Counted from the first letter of the whole stretch, positions 37,155 through 50,750 are shown. The stretch: 61,821 nt of DNA, filler included, from Sphacelaria rigidula (GCA_964200075.2; 5 parts of 5 records of this genome joined end to end with filler, not necessarily neighbours in it), one strand, 5' to 3'. The notes: generated by a model from the letters alone, not told the origin. Translations and numbers: made by a program.

Positions 37155-37629
37155 ATAAGAAAATGTCCTTTCTTTCCCGCCCGCCCCCCCCCCCCCCCCC
37201 CCCCCCCCACATCATAACATTGGGTGTCAATTTTTCTCTGCAGGTAGCAAAGTTACGTCCGATAGAAGCCCAGAAGTTCCGCGGAACTTGGTCCGTGGAT
37301 AGGGTCAACACCCGGGTATTCTCTCTCCAGAATCCTGCTTTGCAACGGTCAGATCTTCAAACTCTGCCCCACTATAGGGTAAAGTTAGGTACGATCGCAT
37401 TACTCTACTCAATGTCTGGATTTCGTCGAGTATGACCTCTATACTCTTACCTAAATTTCGAGTGCTCAGAGTACGAATATTCAACATACTCCAATATAGG
37501 AAGCCTCCTCACCCCACACACCCTTGCTCGGGTTTGATCCATGAGATTATTTTGACATTATTTTTTTTGGAAACCGAAATCACCGTCCAAATCATGAAAC
37601 TTGCGCAACACCTCTGTTGTTCGTTGTTT

Positions 37630-37800
37630 GTTGTTGTTGTCTGCACATCAAAAACTGTTCCGATATCTGCGCGGTACATTCGTGCTGGTCATCTGATGCG
37701 GACGCCTCCCGTGATCACATGCTAGCTACCTTTAGTTCAGGTATGAGGAAATCAAACAAGACAAGCCAAAAAATAGACCCAGATTAGACTCACAAAACGC
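37630..37800 (-). repeat. SINE/LINE-tail-like dispersed repeat with a (TTG)n end
   Basis: Homologous copy at 44290-44440 (TTGTTGTTGTCT.CACAT.AAAA..GTTCCG.TATCTGCGC..CATCTGA..CGGACG). Confidence 0.65.
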
Positions 37801-38380
37801 GATACAAGCAAAACAGGGATAAATAATCAAGAAGAAAGAGAGTACATATGGCTAACCTCAGAAGATCCGGTGCCGCAGGTGGCCATTGGGACTTCAGGGG
37901 GTGTCACCCGGCTTTCCAACTCGACGCGCGACGCCAAGTAGAAATGAACTCAGGGTCCGACTGCGGGCGAGACTCAAGGCCCCAGATACCGCCAACCAAA
38001 AAACTAAGAATCGCAAGGTTCCATCTTTCGGCCTCTCGAGGGACAGCCATACGTAAAAGCATACCAGGTGTATCAAGACAAGCACCGCATGACATACAAC
38101 ATCTTGTGTTTTTTATCTGAACATAAGTCATTAAAAAAAACACTCGCGCAACACCTCTCTCATGTTCTGTTTTTATTAAAGTATAAGTAATCAAAACGAC
38201 CGATTTTCATGGACGAAATAACGCACCAACAGAAAAAAGGCATATTGTGCTGAAGTGAGACTGCCGTAATATGGTACTCGACAACTCAGGTATTCTAGGG
38301 GTACTAGTGAGTACGTTCGGCAGTTGTGTGTGTAGTGTAGTCGCGAATGTCCCGGGACCCTCCACTCGCCGTATCTGTAT

Positions 38381-38968
38381 TACCCTGGACAATATACGGT
38401 CAATATATGCATTAGACTAAAAGTGTACAGGGTAAAGGATGGACCTATTGCAACTATTGAGGATCGACGATGGTACGCAATAGGTGGAGCTCGGAAATGG
38501 TACCAGTTATAACTGGCAAGTACCATTATAATGGTAATAATGGTAATGGTTATATGAAAGTTTAGGATAATGGTTTCAAACCATTTATTTACCGTTACCG
38601 GCTTTGTCAACCATTACCGGCTACGTACGCTACATACAGCCCTTGAAAATTGGCAAAAATGTAACGTAAATTTTTAGCTTTAGTGAAGCCAAATCGCGTA
38701 AAAACGCGCCTGCGGTACGCACGGCGCCTCCGGCGGGGCCCCCTCTGCCGGGGGGGAAAAGCTTTTTGGCTCGCGGCTGCGCCGCTCGATGACCAAATCA
38801 TTATGTACGATTCAACTGGTTCATGAGTGCGCTGCGCGTAACCATTTAACTGGTCAGTGGTTAGGCAAATCATTTTCGAGCTCTAGCAACAGCCCTATAC
38901 TTCATTTACGCAGCATGTTTTTCGTCTATTGCATATATTGATCATACATCGTCATTATCCAGGGTGTG
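38381..38968. mobile_element. CACACCCTGGACA-family MITE interrupted by a second MITE
   Basis: Perfect 8-bp TSD ATCTGTAT (38373-80 and 38969-76); arms ACCCTGGACAATATA and TCCAGGGTGTG. Confidence 0.8.
38483..38886 (+). mobile_element. Nested GGTGGAGCTCGGAAA-family MITE
   Basis: Colinear with 969-1283; TIRs GGTGGAGCTCGGAAATG and CATTTTCGAGCTCTAG. Confidence 0.8.
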
Positions 38969-39016
38969 ATCTGTATCCTGACGTACGACACCTTTCCTAG
39001 CCGCCGACGAATATTT

Positions 39017-39112
39017 CACACCCTGGACAATATATGGTCAATAGATGCATTAGACGAAAAGTGTAAAGTATAGGCCTATTGCAACTATTGACCATATATT
39101 GTCCAAGGTGTG
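39017..39112. mobile_element. 96-bp minimal CACACCCTGGACA-family MITE
   Basis: TIRs CACACCCTGGACAATATATGGTCAATAG and CTATTGACCATATATTGTCCAAGGTGTG; TSD GAATATTT/GGATATTT. Confidence 0.85.
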
Positions 39113-40629
39113 GGATATTTTCACACACCGGACAGCTCATAAGCCACCTGAAATAACAAATCAAAAAGGACTGTCGGGCCGTGTCTTATCAACTTGTTTC
39201 CGACTCGAAAACATACGGAGGAACCAAATTTTGCTTGTACCTGATACGTCCACCGCATCCATGTTCTCAACCATGTGAAAAAATAAATAGCGTGGACGAA
39301 TCAGAAACGAGCGAATTCGATTCAACCGCACGTTTTCGACACGAAAAAAATATGATAAGATACGGCCTCAGATCCCTTAATCTGAAAGCACGAGACACGT
39401 GTCAGCAGGGTTCGAGAACCCAAAGCGCGACCTTTGCGCTGCTTCACGTGCTGGGCGTCCAGCGCTGTCGGTGGCAGATCATGAGAAAAGAGGGTTCAGA
39501 TGAGCTAGCTCTCATGATCTGGATCAGTACACCACTGACAAGAAGTAACATTCAGGCAGCACATGAGTTGTCCAACGTGTGCATATTTTCCATACATTCA
39601 AAGAAGAGAATATCAAGGGGTCATAATAACACTTTTTTTTCCCCCCCGAAACATCGGATTTTTCCCCTCGACTTCCTCCGAAAAAAAAAAAAAACCCGAC
39701 ACAAGATTTTCGGAGATATCTGTTGTCAATCTTGAATTGATCTACGAGAACTGCCCTGACCTGTTGAAAAAAAATCTCCTATAGTTTTCGCAGAATATTT
39801 CCACCCCGGAAAATTCGGGGATTCTGGGGGGGGGGAAACAGACCCGTCCGTTAGGGATATACCCCGAAGTCACGGGCCGGTCGGATTAACAGCTCATACA
39901 CGAGTAACTCTTCATGAACACGGCATTTACGGTGCAGCTGCATCTTTGAAAATCCAATAGCAGTCTGGCAGACGATTGAACAAGACGGGACAGGAAGGAT
40001 AGAAAAAGGGATACGATCGACGTGCGCCGCTCGTAATCTCACCGGATGAATCGATAACTATCCTCTATCCTCCGTCAATTATTCATATATTTATTTTGCC
40101 AAATGTGCTGGAAGGAGCATTAAAGTTTTCAGGCTTCACAATTTTCGGACCATATGGCTGGCTCATCGCCCCATCTCATGGAAGGAACAGCAGAGACGGT
40201 ACTGGAAAGGCGAGCCTCGTCTGTGACCACGGGTTCGAGAGATACGGCCGATGTGCGGAAATGATGACGCTTTGTAAATGAAAATAAGAGGAAGAACAAT
40301 ATTCCACTTGACACTCGTGTCATGTTTCACGAACTCGCGTCACGATAAATGCGTGTGGGACTCGTCGAAATCTTGGCGGGGGGTCAGCGAGACTCGGAGT
40401 TGTTGAATCAGTGCTGGTTTACTGTGGAGGTCGCTCGTAGTAATCTCAGTCGTACTTCTCTTCACATTCCTCAAGGACTCATGATGTCTTGAGTCAGATC
40501 CGTCTTTGCTCTACAGTCTTTCAGTTTTGCTTTGTCTTGGGTACGTCTATCATGAGACCACGGTTGGACTCCTGGGGGGTCAGTTAAAGTGCGACAATCA
40601 ATCAAAATCAATCAATTAAATTTTACTCG

Positions 40630-41600
40630 AATGACTCATGACGATGATTCGAGTCAGACCCGAGCTTATTTCCCCGTTTCATCGTGATGATTCGAGTCAG
40701 ACTCGTCCTTACATTTCTGGAATGACTCGTGATGGACGATTCGAGTCAGATCTGTCCTCATCTTTTTCCCGAATGCCTCATGACGATGACTCGATTCAGA
40801 CTCGTCCTTATATTTCCAGCATGACTCCCGACTATGACTCGATTCAGACTTTATTAACCCTCAGACGGCGCCAGTAGGTCATCCGTTTAATCGGCATCAT
40901 TTTAACCTGAAAAACGTATGCACGATCCAGATGGACTACCCTCGCGGAACAGCTCATTTTCTATATTAGTCGTGATCATTACTTGAGCCAGACTCTCCAA
41001 CTCATTTTCCCCTCATCAGCCGATTCATGATGTTTCGAGTCAGACCCGTCCTCACCTTTTCCGAATGACTCATGATGACGACTCGAGTCAGACTCCAGCT
41101 CACTTTTCTGATTGATGGTGATGACTCGAGTCAGATTCGTCATCACTTTCAAGGGTCGGACAAATAATGAGTCGTCTGGAAATTACTTGGTTTTAGTATA
41201 CTTATTTGACTCGTACGAATCAATCCCTAGCCTTTGTTTTCAGCGTGGCAACCCAGGTAGGTACACGCAGCCCAAACACGTGGAGTGGCGCAAAAGTTGC
41301 GTGGATTCCCCTTGGATCAGCGGTCAACTTTATTCTCCCTTGTGGGCAATCAAGCCGAAGAAATCGTGAATTTGGTGATTCTTAGTCGTGATGATTCGTC
41401 CTAACCGTGGATTAGTCATGAGGACTCGAGTCAGACTCGTCCTTATCTTTTCCGAATGACTCATGATGATGACTCGAGTCAGGTCCGTCCTCATCTTCTC
41501 CGAATAACTCATGATGACGACTCGAGTCAGAATCCAGCTCACTTTTCCGATTGATGGTGATGACTCGATTCAGATTTGTCATCACTTTCTCAATGACTCC
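40630..41600 (+). repeat. Degenerate minisatellite of about 43-45 bp with a GACTCGAGTC palindromic core
   Basis: GACTCATGATGACGACTCGAGTCAGA.(C/T)CGTCCT..TCTTTTCCGAAT repeated in blocks 40630-40850, 40970-41150 and 41385-41600. Confidence 0.85.
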
Positions 41601-42686
41601 CAGGTGGAAGCTTTTCCCTCATTTCTCTTCAATACTGGAGGCTGACGTCAGTCAGTCTTCGGACCGCGTGATGATACACAGGACGTCAGAACCACTTCGT
41701 GCGCTGTGCGTCAGATATTGACCCGCAAATTAACCAATTGGAAATTGGCACACGTCGGACAACTCCTGTGTGTGTGTTGTGTTTGTCGCCATCCCATATA
41801 TCCTGGATGAGCCACCTAAATACAACTCATTATTAGTGTACTGATCCGGATCATGAGACCATCTTATATGGCAGTCACCAATCTCGACTTTTTGTTACAT
41901 CGGGGGGAAAAAATAGGGGAACGCATTTTATGGGGCTCCGATTTCGACCAGATCGGGGGAGAAAACATCGGGGGAAATCGTTCCGAGATCGTGACTCCCC
42001 GATTTTTTTTGAGGTGACGTACGTGCATTGACGTACAATGATGGGGTACGAGGCGTTCAATACTTTTGCAACCGCAGCAGAAGACAGTCTCGTGAGAGAG
42101 CAGGGCGTGCCTGCCCCGCGCCAGGTGCTGAAGCAGCTTCGCACGGATTTTGACAAGCGGATAATAAGTGCTGACACCGTACCCTGCGGCGATGGTAATA
42201 TTTTATGCTGCGCTGCGCTGCCATATGTATCACTGTAGCGAACGCTGCTGTACTCTCCTAGTCTGTTGTCGCTGTAATTTCAGGGTGATGTATGGCATTG
42301 CACTACTGAACTCTGCTCGCGCACTATTTGTTCACTTTTCTCACAATACCGACGGTGCCATCGTGTACCACCACACGGAATTATGTTGTTGTATACTGAT
42401 GGAGTGTCCCGCACTGTATCACCCTAGGGTACACAGTTCGGACGAATCATCCCCTGTTCGAGTAACCAAATCCACGATTTTTCAGGCCTGATTGCTCAAT
42501 AAAAAGAAGAAAGTTTGCCGGTGGCCAAACAGGTCTCCACGCAATCTTTGCGCCATTCCACGTGCCTGGGCTGCGCGTACCTGGGTTGTAACGCTGAAAA
42601 CAAATCGTAAAGATTGATTCGTACGGTACGACTCAATCGCACTAAAATCAAGTAATTTCTAGATGAATCATTAATTCGTCCGACCC
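41152..42686. repeat. Pair of inverted repeats of about 230 bp (41152-41385 and 42459-42686)
   Basis: Reverse-complement homology throughout (GGGTCGGAC..AAATTACTTG..GTACGAATCAATC..ACCCAGGTA..CACGTGGA.TGGCGCAAA); window bases 1-70 are a third copy. Confidence 0.8.
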
Positions 42687-43440
42687 GTGCTAGGGTATCA
42701 AGGTGCGATACTGTACTCGAAGAATTTTTCACTGCCTGCCTGCTCTTCGGTTTGATGCACGAGGACGCAGTACCATACTCATGCAAAAAATGGCCGTGAG
42801 TGTAGAGAACTGTTTCACAAGTTTGTGATACTGTCTGTGCCATAAAACGGTCCCTCCGATTATGAAATCAGCGTCTCCAAAAAATCGAGATTCGTTGTCA
42901 TAAAAAGATGGTCTGAGCTAGCTCATTTGGCCCCTGTTCCCCATACTTTTTCACGACAGCGTTGGACACCGAGCGCGTGGAGTAGGTAGCGTAGTTGTTG
43001 CGCTTTGACTTTTCTGACCCCGCGGTCACGTGTCTTGTGTTTTAGCACCAACGGATGTGAGAGTTCTATTTGATTAGTTCGTTTTAGATAGCTCATGAGC
43101 TGTCGGCCGTGCGGAAATTTGTAAACACTACAGGCTGGGCCAGCTGAGAGTGATTTTTGCATGCATTTTCGCACTGCTATCGGTGATTCGAAGAGTTATG
43201 CGCTGAAATTTTGACACAACATTTTTATGATAACTACGCACAACATTTCTGGGGATATGTGAAAAAAAAAACAGGAATATAGAGCGATTTGAAGTTTCTG
43301 CAAAAACTAGAAAAATGCAATAACTCCGTGAAAAAAAAAATACGGAGGCATCCTCAAACATGTTGTGCGTCCTTGTGTGGAGTAGATCCTGGTACAATTT
43401 TGGCCAAAACAATATAGAAATTTGGCACAGCATATACTTT

Positions 43441-43519
43441 TTCGTGTGGCACCCGGTGGTCAAACTGGTAGAACCGCCTCTTATTACAGAGGTCACGTGT
43501 TCGAATCCCGACACGACCA
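43441..43519 (+). other. tRNA-derived pseudogene or SINE head
   Basis: A-box-like TGGTCAAACTGG, stem CCTCT/AGAGG with a 6-nt loop, B-box GTTCGAATC, ends ACCA; not a canonical cloverleaf. Confidence 0.55.
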
Positions 43520-45980
43520 TTTTGTTTTTGCGCATAATCTGGCATAGCGCCTTGCATCTGGGGGGTGTGCAGTAGCGCAGTTTGAGGTAGTACTCCTCCC
43601 TCTTGCGGTGGTGAATCACCGTCGGCTGGGAGGTTCTCTCCCATGATGGAGCTGATGACGACCTTGATGCCATCTTGCAGTCGTACCAATGTGCTTTTGC
43701 CTGCGCATGTCGAGTCTTCGCGTGCCTGTGCGGCGCAATCCCCTACCGTAATTCCACCGCATTTCGTGAAACGAAACGTCTCCAGACACGCTATCACGCA
43801 ACGACACGAGACGTTCCCGGTACTCAATGCAGTACAAAAACATCATCGCCAAAACTTCGCCAATCGACCAGCGGCGGTGCCGTGCGTTACCAGGTTGGTC
43901 TGCAGTTCACAGCGATATGCTCAAGTCGAGTTGATTTGGTAAACTTGAGTTATGGCTGGACATCCAAATGCGGGATGAACTGCTGGCCCAGCTCATAGAT
44001 GATTTGATTTATCCGTTGGAGGCCCAGCCCCCCTCAAGATGGATCCTACGCCGACTACTGTGATAAAAATATTGAGATTGTCCCCAATTACCCAAAATTT
44101 GCGTAGAGTGTTGAGACTGTACCCAACTCTACCCAAATTCCAAGTGTTGAGATTACACCTTAGTGATACTCTATACCCGGGTACTACCAAGAGTTTTTAC
44201 CCAATTTGGGGGTTAATTGAGATAATACCCAACTTCACCCAAAATTTGGGTAAAGTAGCAACCTGGGTATAGTACCCGGGGACTAATTATTGTTGTTGTC
44301 TTCACATTAAAAAGTCGTTCCGGTATCTGCGCAGTGCTGTACTGGGCATCTGACTCGGACGTCTTCCGTGGTCACAGGCTACCACCCCAAGTTAGGGTAA
44401 AAGGAAAATAAGGAAATAAAACCGGACTCACAAAAAATTCAGGAGTATATTTTCACCAGACTTTTCGGTCGTAACTTAAATTTGTATCCGCAGGTTTGGA
44501 ACCCCATATTCGCGCGTCTGCTAATCCTACACACAAAACCATTTCCGTATTATCTTTGTCGTAATGCTATTTTCGGTTCTCACAAGGATACGTTGTAGAC
44601 ACGACGCACCACACCGAAGCTGCTGAACAGTGCGGTCAGTAAACGGAAGGACAAAAGCACAAGCACTTCAACACATACACTTACTTCGCGCCAGTTTGTA
44701 CACAGCGCAACAGACTGCCCGCTGACGAAGGAAGGACAGTCATCGTCGTCGTATCGTCATGTATAAAACAGTATACTTCCTGCACTGTGATCGTTTCGGT
44801 AGCCTGTGGTCCGCATCGGCGCTCACTATTTACCCCCCCCTGCTCGTCCACTGCAAAAAAACATGCAAGGCGGTGATGAGCGCTTTGTGCTGAAAACTGA
44901 AATCTGGCCACAATCAGGAGTAACTATGTGCAGGGCATTGAAACCACACGCTCTTTTTCGCCCGTGGTCATCATTCGCCCTTACAGTCAAGGTAATCTGT
45001 ATTGCTGACGGTTCTTACCCAGTTTTTGGGTATACAATTGAGGACATACCCAAGTGATACTCTATACCCAGGTATTGCAACGAATACTCACCCAATATTT
45101 GGGTATTGACATCATTCATACCCACATACCCAAATATACCCGTGAATTTGGGTGAAGTATTGAGATCATACCCACTTTTGCCCAATATTTGGTTGGAGCA
45201 TTTGAGGTCGCAGTCAATCTCCCCGAACCTCATGTAGAATAAATACCCGGGTATTATACCCAGGTACTCAATACTTCACACCCTACCCAACACAGCCTGA
45301 AAAAACTTCAACCCGCCCGCGCAACCAAGGACATGGCGACTGAACTCACCGTACTCGAAAAAAACCCCTCGTATCTATGTCTGATTCTTCACCGAAAGGC
45401 CATAAATGGGTCATTAACAACACATTCAGCGAAAATACTCCAAATGTCCGCGGGACTGTCAGGCCGTATTCTCGGAACAGAAACGCTTGGGCGCTACGGG
45501 AATTGATGCCCAGTTAAAATGATTCCAAAAGCAATCCTGGTGCCCATGCATGTGCCAGGAATTGGCACCAGGGATTGGAAACCACGAAATACACGATATA
45601 TTTCGTCCGGGGTATTGACCATGAATAGAAACTGGTCAGCTGTAGCACCGGGGTTACCCGTGCTGTGGGCCCGTTGACGATATTGTTCCGAAGGGAGGCC
45701 TGGTGGCGCTCATTGTATTGAAAATCGTAACCGTAACGATAATCTAGAAGCACAATACGAGGCAGATAGATAAAACACCGTAGAGGGAGGTTCAGAGAGT
45801 TGCGCTCTAGGCGAAGTGTGCGTTGGCGAAGTTCGAATCGGCGCCAGAGTGACACCGCCTGCCGGGCACGTTGCCGAGCCGTTGGAGCTAAGTCAACGCC
45901 CCAACGATCCGCACGACAGGGTCCACACTAAACCCAAGGATGTATCGGCCATGGACGTGCGTGGATGACACCCACATGAA

Positions 45981-46079
45981 CCCTTAGACCGCGAGGTTAG
46001 TCTTCTGTTGAATCGGCATCAATTTCAAGTTAAAAAAAAGTATGCATGATCCAGAAAGACTAATCTCGCGGTCCAAGGG
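45981..46079. mobile_element. 99-bp piggyBac-like MITE
   Basis: TGAA|CCCTTAGACCGCGAGGTTAGTCTT ... AAGACTAATCTCGCGGTCCAAGGG|TTAA; diverged copy at 40858-40950 preceded by TTAA. Confidence 0.75.
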
Positions 46080-48834
46080 TTAAACTTCACTGGGAACTCC
46101 ACTTCATGTGATTTTAACTCGAGATTCGCTTGAGAGGGGTCATAAGTATTTTTTGTTGTTGTCTCGCATCCTTCATGAGCTTTCCGGTTAACAAAACCCT
46201 GAATGTCGCAAGGCTCAGGCGAGAGCCATACCTTTCACGTCTGTCGTATTTTCTTGTACCTCGTTGGCTTCATTCAGCAGCCCCAGCATGTGATTAGCAC
46301 TGGAAAATGACGGCGGTATACCCTTCTCTAGAGGCGATGTATACTACTATACATCAATCTTTCGAAACTCGATTTTCTCGAAAGACGCTACAGCCTGCAC
46401 CATCAAAAGGAGCAGCTTTATCGACATAAGCGAACGAGATATTCCCCCCAAAACAGAGTTCCGCAGTTCAAGGCTTCCTAGGCACCATCACGGTGGAGAT
46501 TATCAAGCTTCAAAAGTAAGCCAGAAGCTGCGATACAACGAAGGTTGAAGGGTGTGTCTCGCGGTACTTTTTCTCGTCTCTTCCCGCAGGCAATTCACAC
46601 TTCGATCCCAACGTGATGTTTTTTCCAAGCGGGTCCATACATATACAAATGTGAAGGTTCGGGACTCTGACTCTAAAACATGAACACTCATGAAGTAATG
46701 ATCCTCAAATCTTTCTTGTCAAAGGCTGCAGTGGTAACTCTGTAGCCCGAAGCCTCATCAGGAGACCCACAGGTCTGAGAGGGACAATGTTACCGTCGAA
46801 ATCCGCGGCATAAGGATTCCCTGTGTGGAGCAGATATCGACCCTGGATTGCGAATTATTCTCCGCTACGCAAGTGCAAGGTGTCATTTTCGCAAAAAAAC
46901 AGCACCACACTAAATACACATTGCCGAGGGGGTGTTGGACACCAACGGTCCCGCATGCATTGAAGTAACGAGCTTTCACGACGCACGTTGGACCGATTTT
47001 CTGAGCCTCTCGGCCCAGACTACCCTGGAAATTCTTTGAACGCACCAGTGTGTGCACTGCAGCGCGCATACGGCCCGAAACATTCAAAGGCTCACCGCAG
47101 AGTACTGCACTTGTGCAGTCTTGCTGGTGTTGTCACGAAGGATAACACCCCTGTGATATTTTTTCTCCAGACTATCATAGGGAGGAAAAAAACACACCTC
47201 GTTCGTACGAGTATCGTGATACAGGGCGGATACGAGATCTTTTGCAACGGTCGCAACTTGCAGTGCACCCGTCTAGAAATATAATGAGATGGGCACATTC
47301 AACGTCGGGTGTGCCACACATATACCCCGTCATTTCTCCCATGCACCATGTCGAAAGCTCCAAGTATCTCTCGACGGGAAAATGCATGGTTTACAGACTG
47401 TATTGTATAGCAGTGATAGAGGACACACTAACATGTGCTCGTGACTATCCAACCAGCGGAGCAAAGAAAACGGCATTTGAAATACCAGTACGTCTCTGGT
47501 TGCATTTCATCAGAGCTTGTGCCGTTCAGTATTATCTCGCATGTTGCCACTTTTCAAGTGCAGCATATGGTAGTTTATCTTGCGATGAAGAGGATATCTA
47601 CATACTGCACCGCGTGTGCTGTATCGCGCGCAGGCAGTATCAGCACCAGCACATTGTTGCACGCTCTGGTGCACAAAGGCACCGCGTACTTGTAGTCAGC
47701 ACAGAGAGTACAACAGTGAATAAAGGACGGCAACAGCGACTTACATCAGCACAACAGTACAAGAAGTCTTACAGACAGTACCGTGATCTGTCACCTGGTC
47801 CCACAGCACGTCAGCCGTGGCACGTCTGCCTAGACCTCTATCCATCTTCCCTCCAAAGTCCGCAAGCGCTGCCATTGCAAAGTATTCGCTGAGGTGCTCT
47901 TGTTGTCCAATGATTTTCAAAGTCCGTGAGGCTTAGAGCGAGCGACTCACGAGACTGACCCTATGCGTGTCAGTACGCGAAGATAGCCAGGGAAATACAA
48001 CTCGTGCTGTTGTTGTGTGTTGTACTTGATAGCGGAAAAAGACACTCCTCGAGGGCGCTACCTCGGCTCCTCAAAGCAAGGCTGAAGTTGGATAGTTGTA
48101 TACTAGTACACAATAAAACGCACCCCCACCCCCAGTATCTGATCATGCAGTTCAGTACCACACCATTGGCTACTTCCCCGTAGGCCCTGGAACACACCAC
48201 GCTCGCGCTCGCATATCTAACAACTTGAACAAATTTAATTATTCATATACGGATGATGGGGGATCTCGACCACGGATCGGATGGGAATACGCAGAGAAGC
48301 AAGTATATTTTTCGATAATGCTTCTTCGTGTAATAGTTTACCTTTTACGCGTGGGTATGAATAAGAGTTTACGTTGTACATTTCAAGAGAGAAAAAGCGT
48401 GAACGTCAAGGCGATGTCTTTTGTGTCCCTCTCAGTAAATACTTGAAACACTTCCCCTATCTGTTGAGCGCGAGTACTTGTTTCTGTAAAATATTTCGGC
48501 TGACAGTCCCGCGGAAAAAGTGCACTGACTGCATCATCATGTAGTGAGCTTTCACCTCAGTAACACCGACAGTACTGTTTGCACAGGATGAGGATGTCCG
48601 TTTGGAGACTATACAATGACATTGCCGTGGTTCATACTCGCTCTTCTTCCGTGTAAGTTGCACAGGGAATGTCATCAAGCACTCGTACATAAGCCCGTGC
48701 CCGCAATAGCACAAGGCAGAGTCACCAAATTGGATCAACATGGGTCCACTCACGGCCCACCATTTCTCGGACCCGAACGAAACAGGAGATGAATTTTAGT
48801 ACCCCAAGTTCGAAATGGGCACGGTCGAGGTTAG

Positions 48835-49340
48835 GATTTTTCTCGCGTAAACTCTTCGATAAAACTTGAACTTGCTAGCGTCGATAGATTTTGGTGAAAT
48901 AAACAAATCGTCTTCCCCCCCTCCCAGTGCCCGAGTTGGTGCTAGTCGATGTTATCGGGCGATAGGAATGGATACTCCGTTTATCAGGAGGGTGCTATTG
49001 ACCGTGAAATATTTATTCGGCTCTAGAAGTGCAGTACGTAGGTAGAATTAGAAAAAACAAGCCTTCTAATTTCTTCACAAATACGATCGGGACCGAAGGT
49101 TTTGGCAAAAAGCGACTCTGCCAAGGCTCTGCTCTTCGTCATATCCTTTGATCGGGACATACATGTCCGATCGACCGAAATTACGGAAGAGTCAGAATCT
49201 CGGCTGAAAAGTGGCAGGACCCCCGATGACCGGTCAGCCCGCCAATCACTTAGTGTTGAGTACGGATGAGTTCTTTTTCTTGGAATGTGGAGCGGATACC
49301 AGTATTCTGAGGTCTCGAATGTGATGAGGGGCGGCAAGCG
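48835..49340 (+). mobile_element. Partial copy of the 550-bp MITE family
   Basis: Colinear with 19125-19550, with an internal insertion. Confidence 0.75.
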
Positions 49341-49369
49341 ACATATCCTATTATTACCGAAGCCGGCCG

Positions 49370-49438
49370 CCCCGGTGGCTCAGTTGGTAACCTCGTAACC
49401 TTCTGATGGTTGAGTTGTGGGGTTCGATTATCGGAGCG
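49370..49438 (+). other. tRNA-like SINE head truncated by the contig end
   Basis: A-box TGGCTCAGTTGG and B-box-like GGTTCGATT. Confidence 0.5.
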
Positions 49439-49538
49439 NNNNNNNNNNNNNNNNNNNNNNNNNNNNNNNNNNNNNNNNNNNNTTAATTAATTAANNNNNN
49501 NNNNNNNNNNNNNNNNNNNNNNNNNNNNNNNNNNNNNN
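49439..49538. other. Artificial contig linker (N44-TTAATTAATTAA-N44)
   Basis: Identical to the other linkers. Confidence 0.98.
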
Positions 49539-49729
49539 TGGTTTTTCATCTAGGACCCCAATATTTCGGTGATCGAAATCCAAATTTCTATGTCGTGTAG
49601 CAGTTGTCGATAGCTGTCAGTAGGTGAAGAAATGGAACCATATTTCGAAGAGTTGGTGTGGATACGAAGATTTTAATTCTCCGGGTTTTTCATCCCCAAT
49701 AGAAGATCCATCGCCAATTTGTAAGATCC

Positions 49730-49955
49730 CGTGTGCAGCGAAAAAGCGAAGCACTGAAAGAACATATCCGCGAGCTTCCCAAGTGACAAAGAACATGTCA
49801 GTAATATTCCGCGTATTCCAACAGCCAGCCAAAGCCCCTCTTTTGTCCAGAGAAATGCAAACCTCTCGTGTGCAGCGAAAAATCGAAGCACTGAAGGTAT
49901 ATATCCGCGAGCTTCCCAAGTGACAAATAACATGCCGGGAATATTCCACGCATTA
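49730..49955 (+). repeat. Tandem duplication of about 138 bp
   Basis: CGTGTGCAGCGAAAAA.CGAAGCACTGAA..ATATCCGCGAGCTTCCCAAGTGACAAA.AACATG at 49730 and 49868. Confidence 0.9.
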
Positions 49956-50366
49956 CAATTTTTCTGGAAGTGTCTCCCGCTGTCATGTCTTCGTGACACG
50001 AGAACAACTTCGCACTCTGGGACCTCGGGAATACCACTCATGTCCTACGCCGGCGGTTCCGCCGTCGGCCTAGGGTACCCGAACTCTAAGCCCAAGAGTG
50101 CTGTATGTATGTACTGTGATTTATACTGACCCGGCTCCATCTCTTACTGCAGTCTCTTGCAAAACAGCGAACGTGTTCCCCGCACGAAATTCTGCCGCGC
50201 ATAACGACGAGGGAAATTACATACTATCTGCGTGACTTGTAACCCCCCCCCCCCCTGCAAAAACGACTCAATATTACACAACATGATACACATTACACAA
50301 GTAGTCATACAATCCGTCCATCCACCCTCACGACTATCCACACTACTGCTACTCGCCATACCCCAG

Positions 50367-50750
50367 GATCGGCGGTCATCATCCAAACGGCGGCGCAATC
50401 TCTGGACACCAGCAGAAGAGACAGGGGGTGGAGGCAGGCAACGGAAGTTCGGCAACTATCTGGCCGTCACTTCGCCAGCAGAGAAGGGGGGCAGCGAGGC
50501 ATCAGAGAGCGGCGCTACCCGCTCGGGTGGCGGGATACCACCTAGCCTAAGGAAGGGCTCGTCGGCGATGGACGAAGGCGATGGTCCGGTAGTAGGAGTG
50601 GGCGGGAGCGGGGTGGGGGGCGGCGGCGTCGGCACGGCGGCTGCTCGGACGAACCGTATTATCGCCACCGTGAATGCGAATGCTGAGAGCGCTGAAGAGA
50701 CGGCGAGGGCACGGTCTGCTCTGGAATTGGCTGCGGTTGCTCATCTTGAG
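50367..50750 (+). CDS. FAB1: FAB1/PIKfyve (PI3P 5-kinase) internal exon A
   Basis: CCCCAG|GAT ... GAG|GTACGG; 128 codons ending LELAAVAHLE, in frame with the next exon. Confidence 0.8.

Noticed and set aside
43441-43519. Functional tRNA gene
   Set aside because: 6-nt anticodon loop and irregular arms; more consistent with a tRNA-derived SINE or pseudogene.
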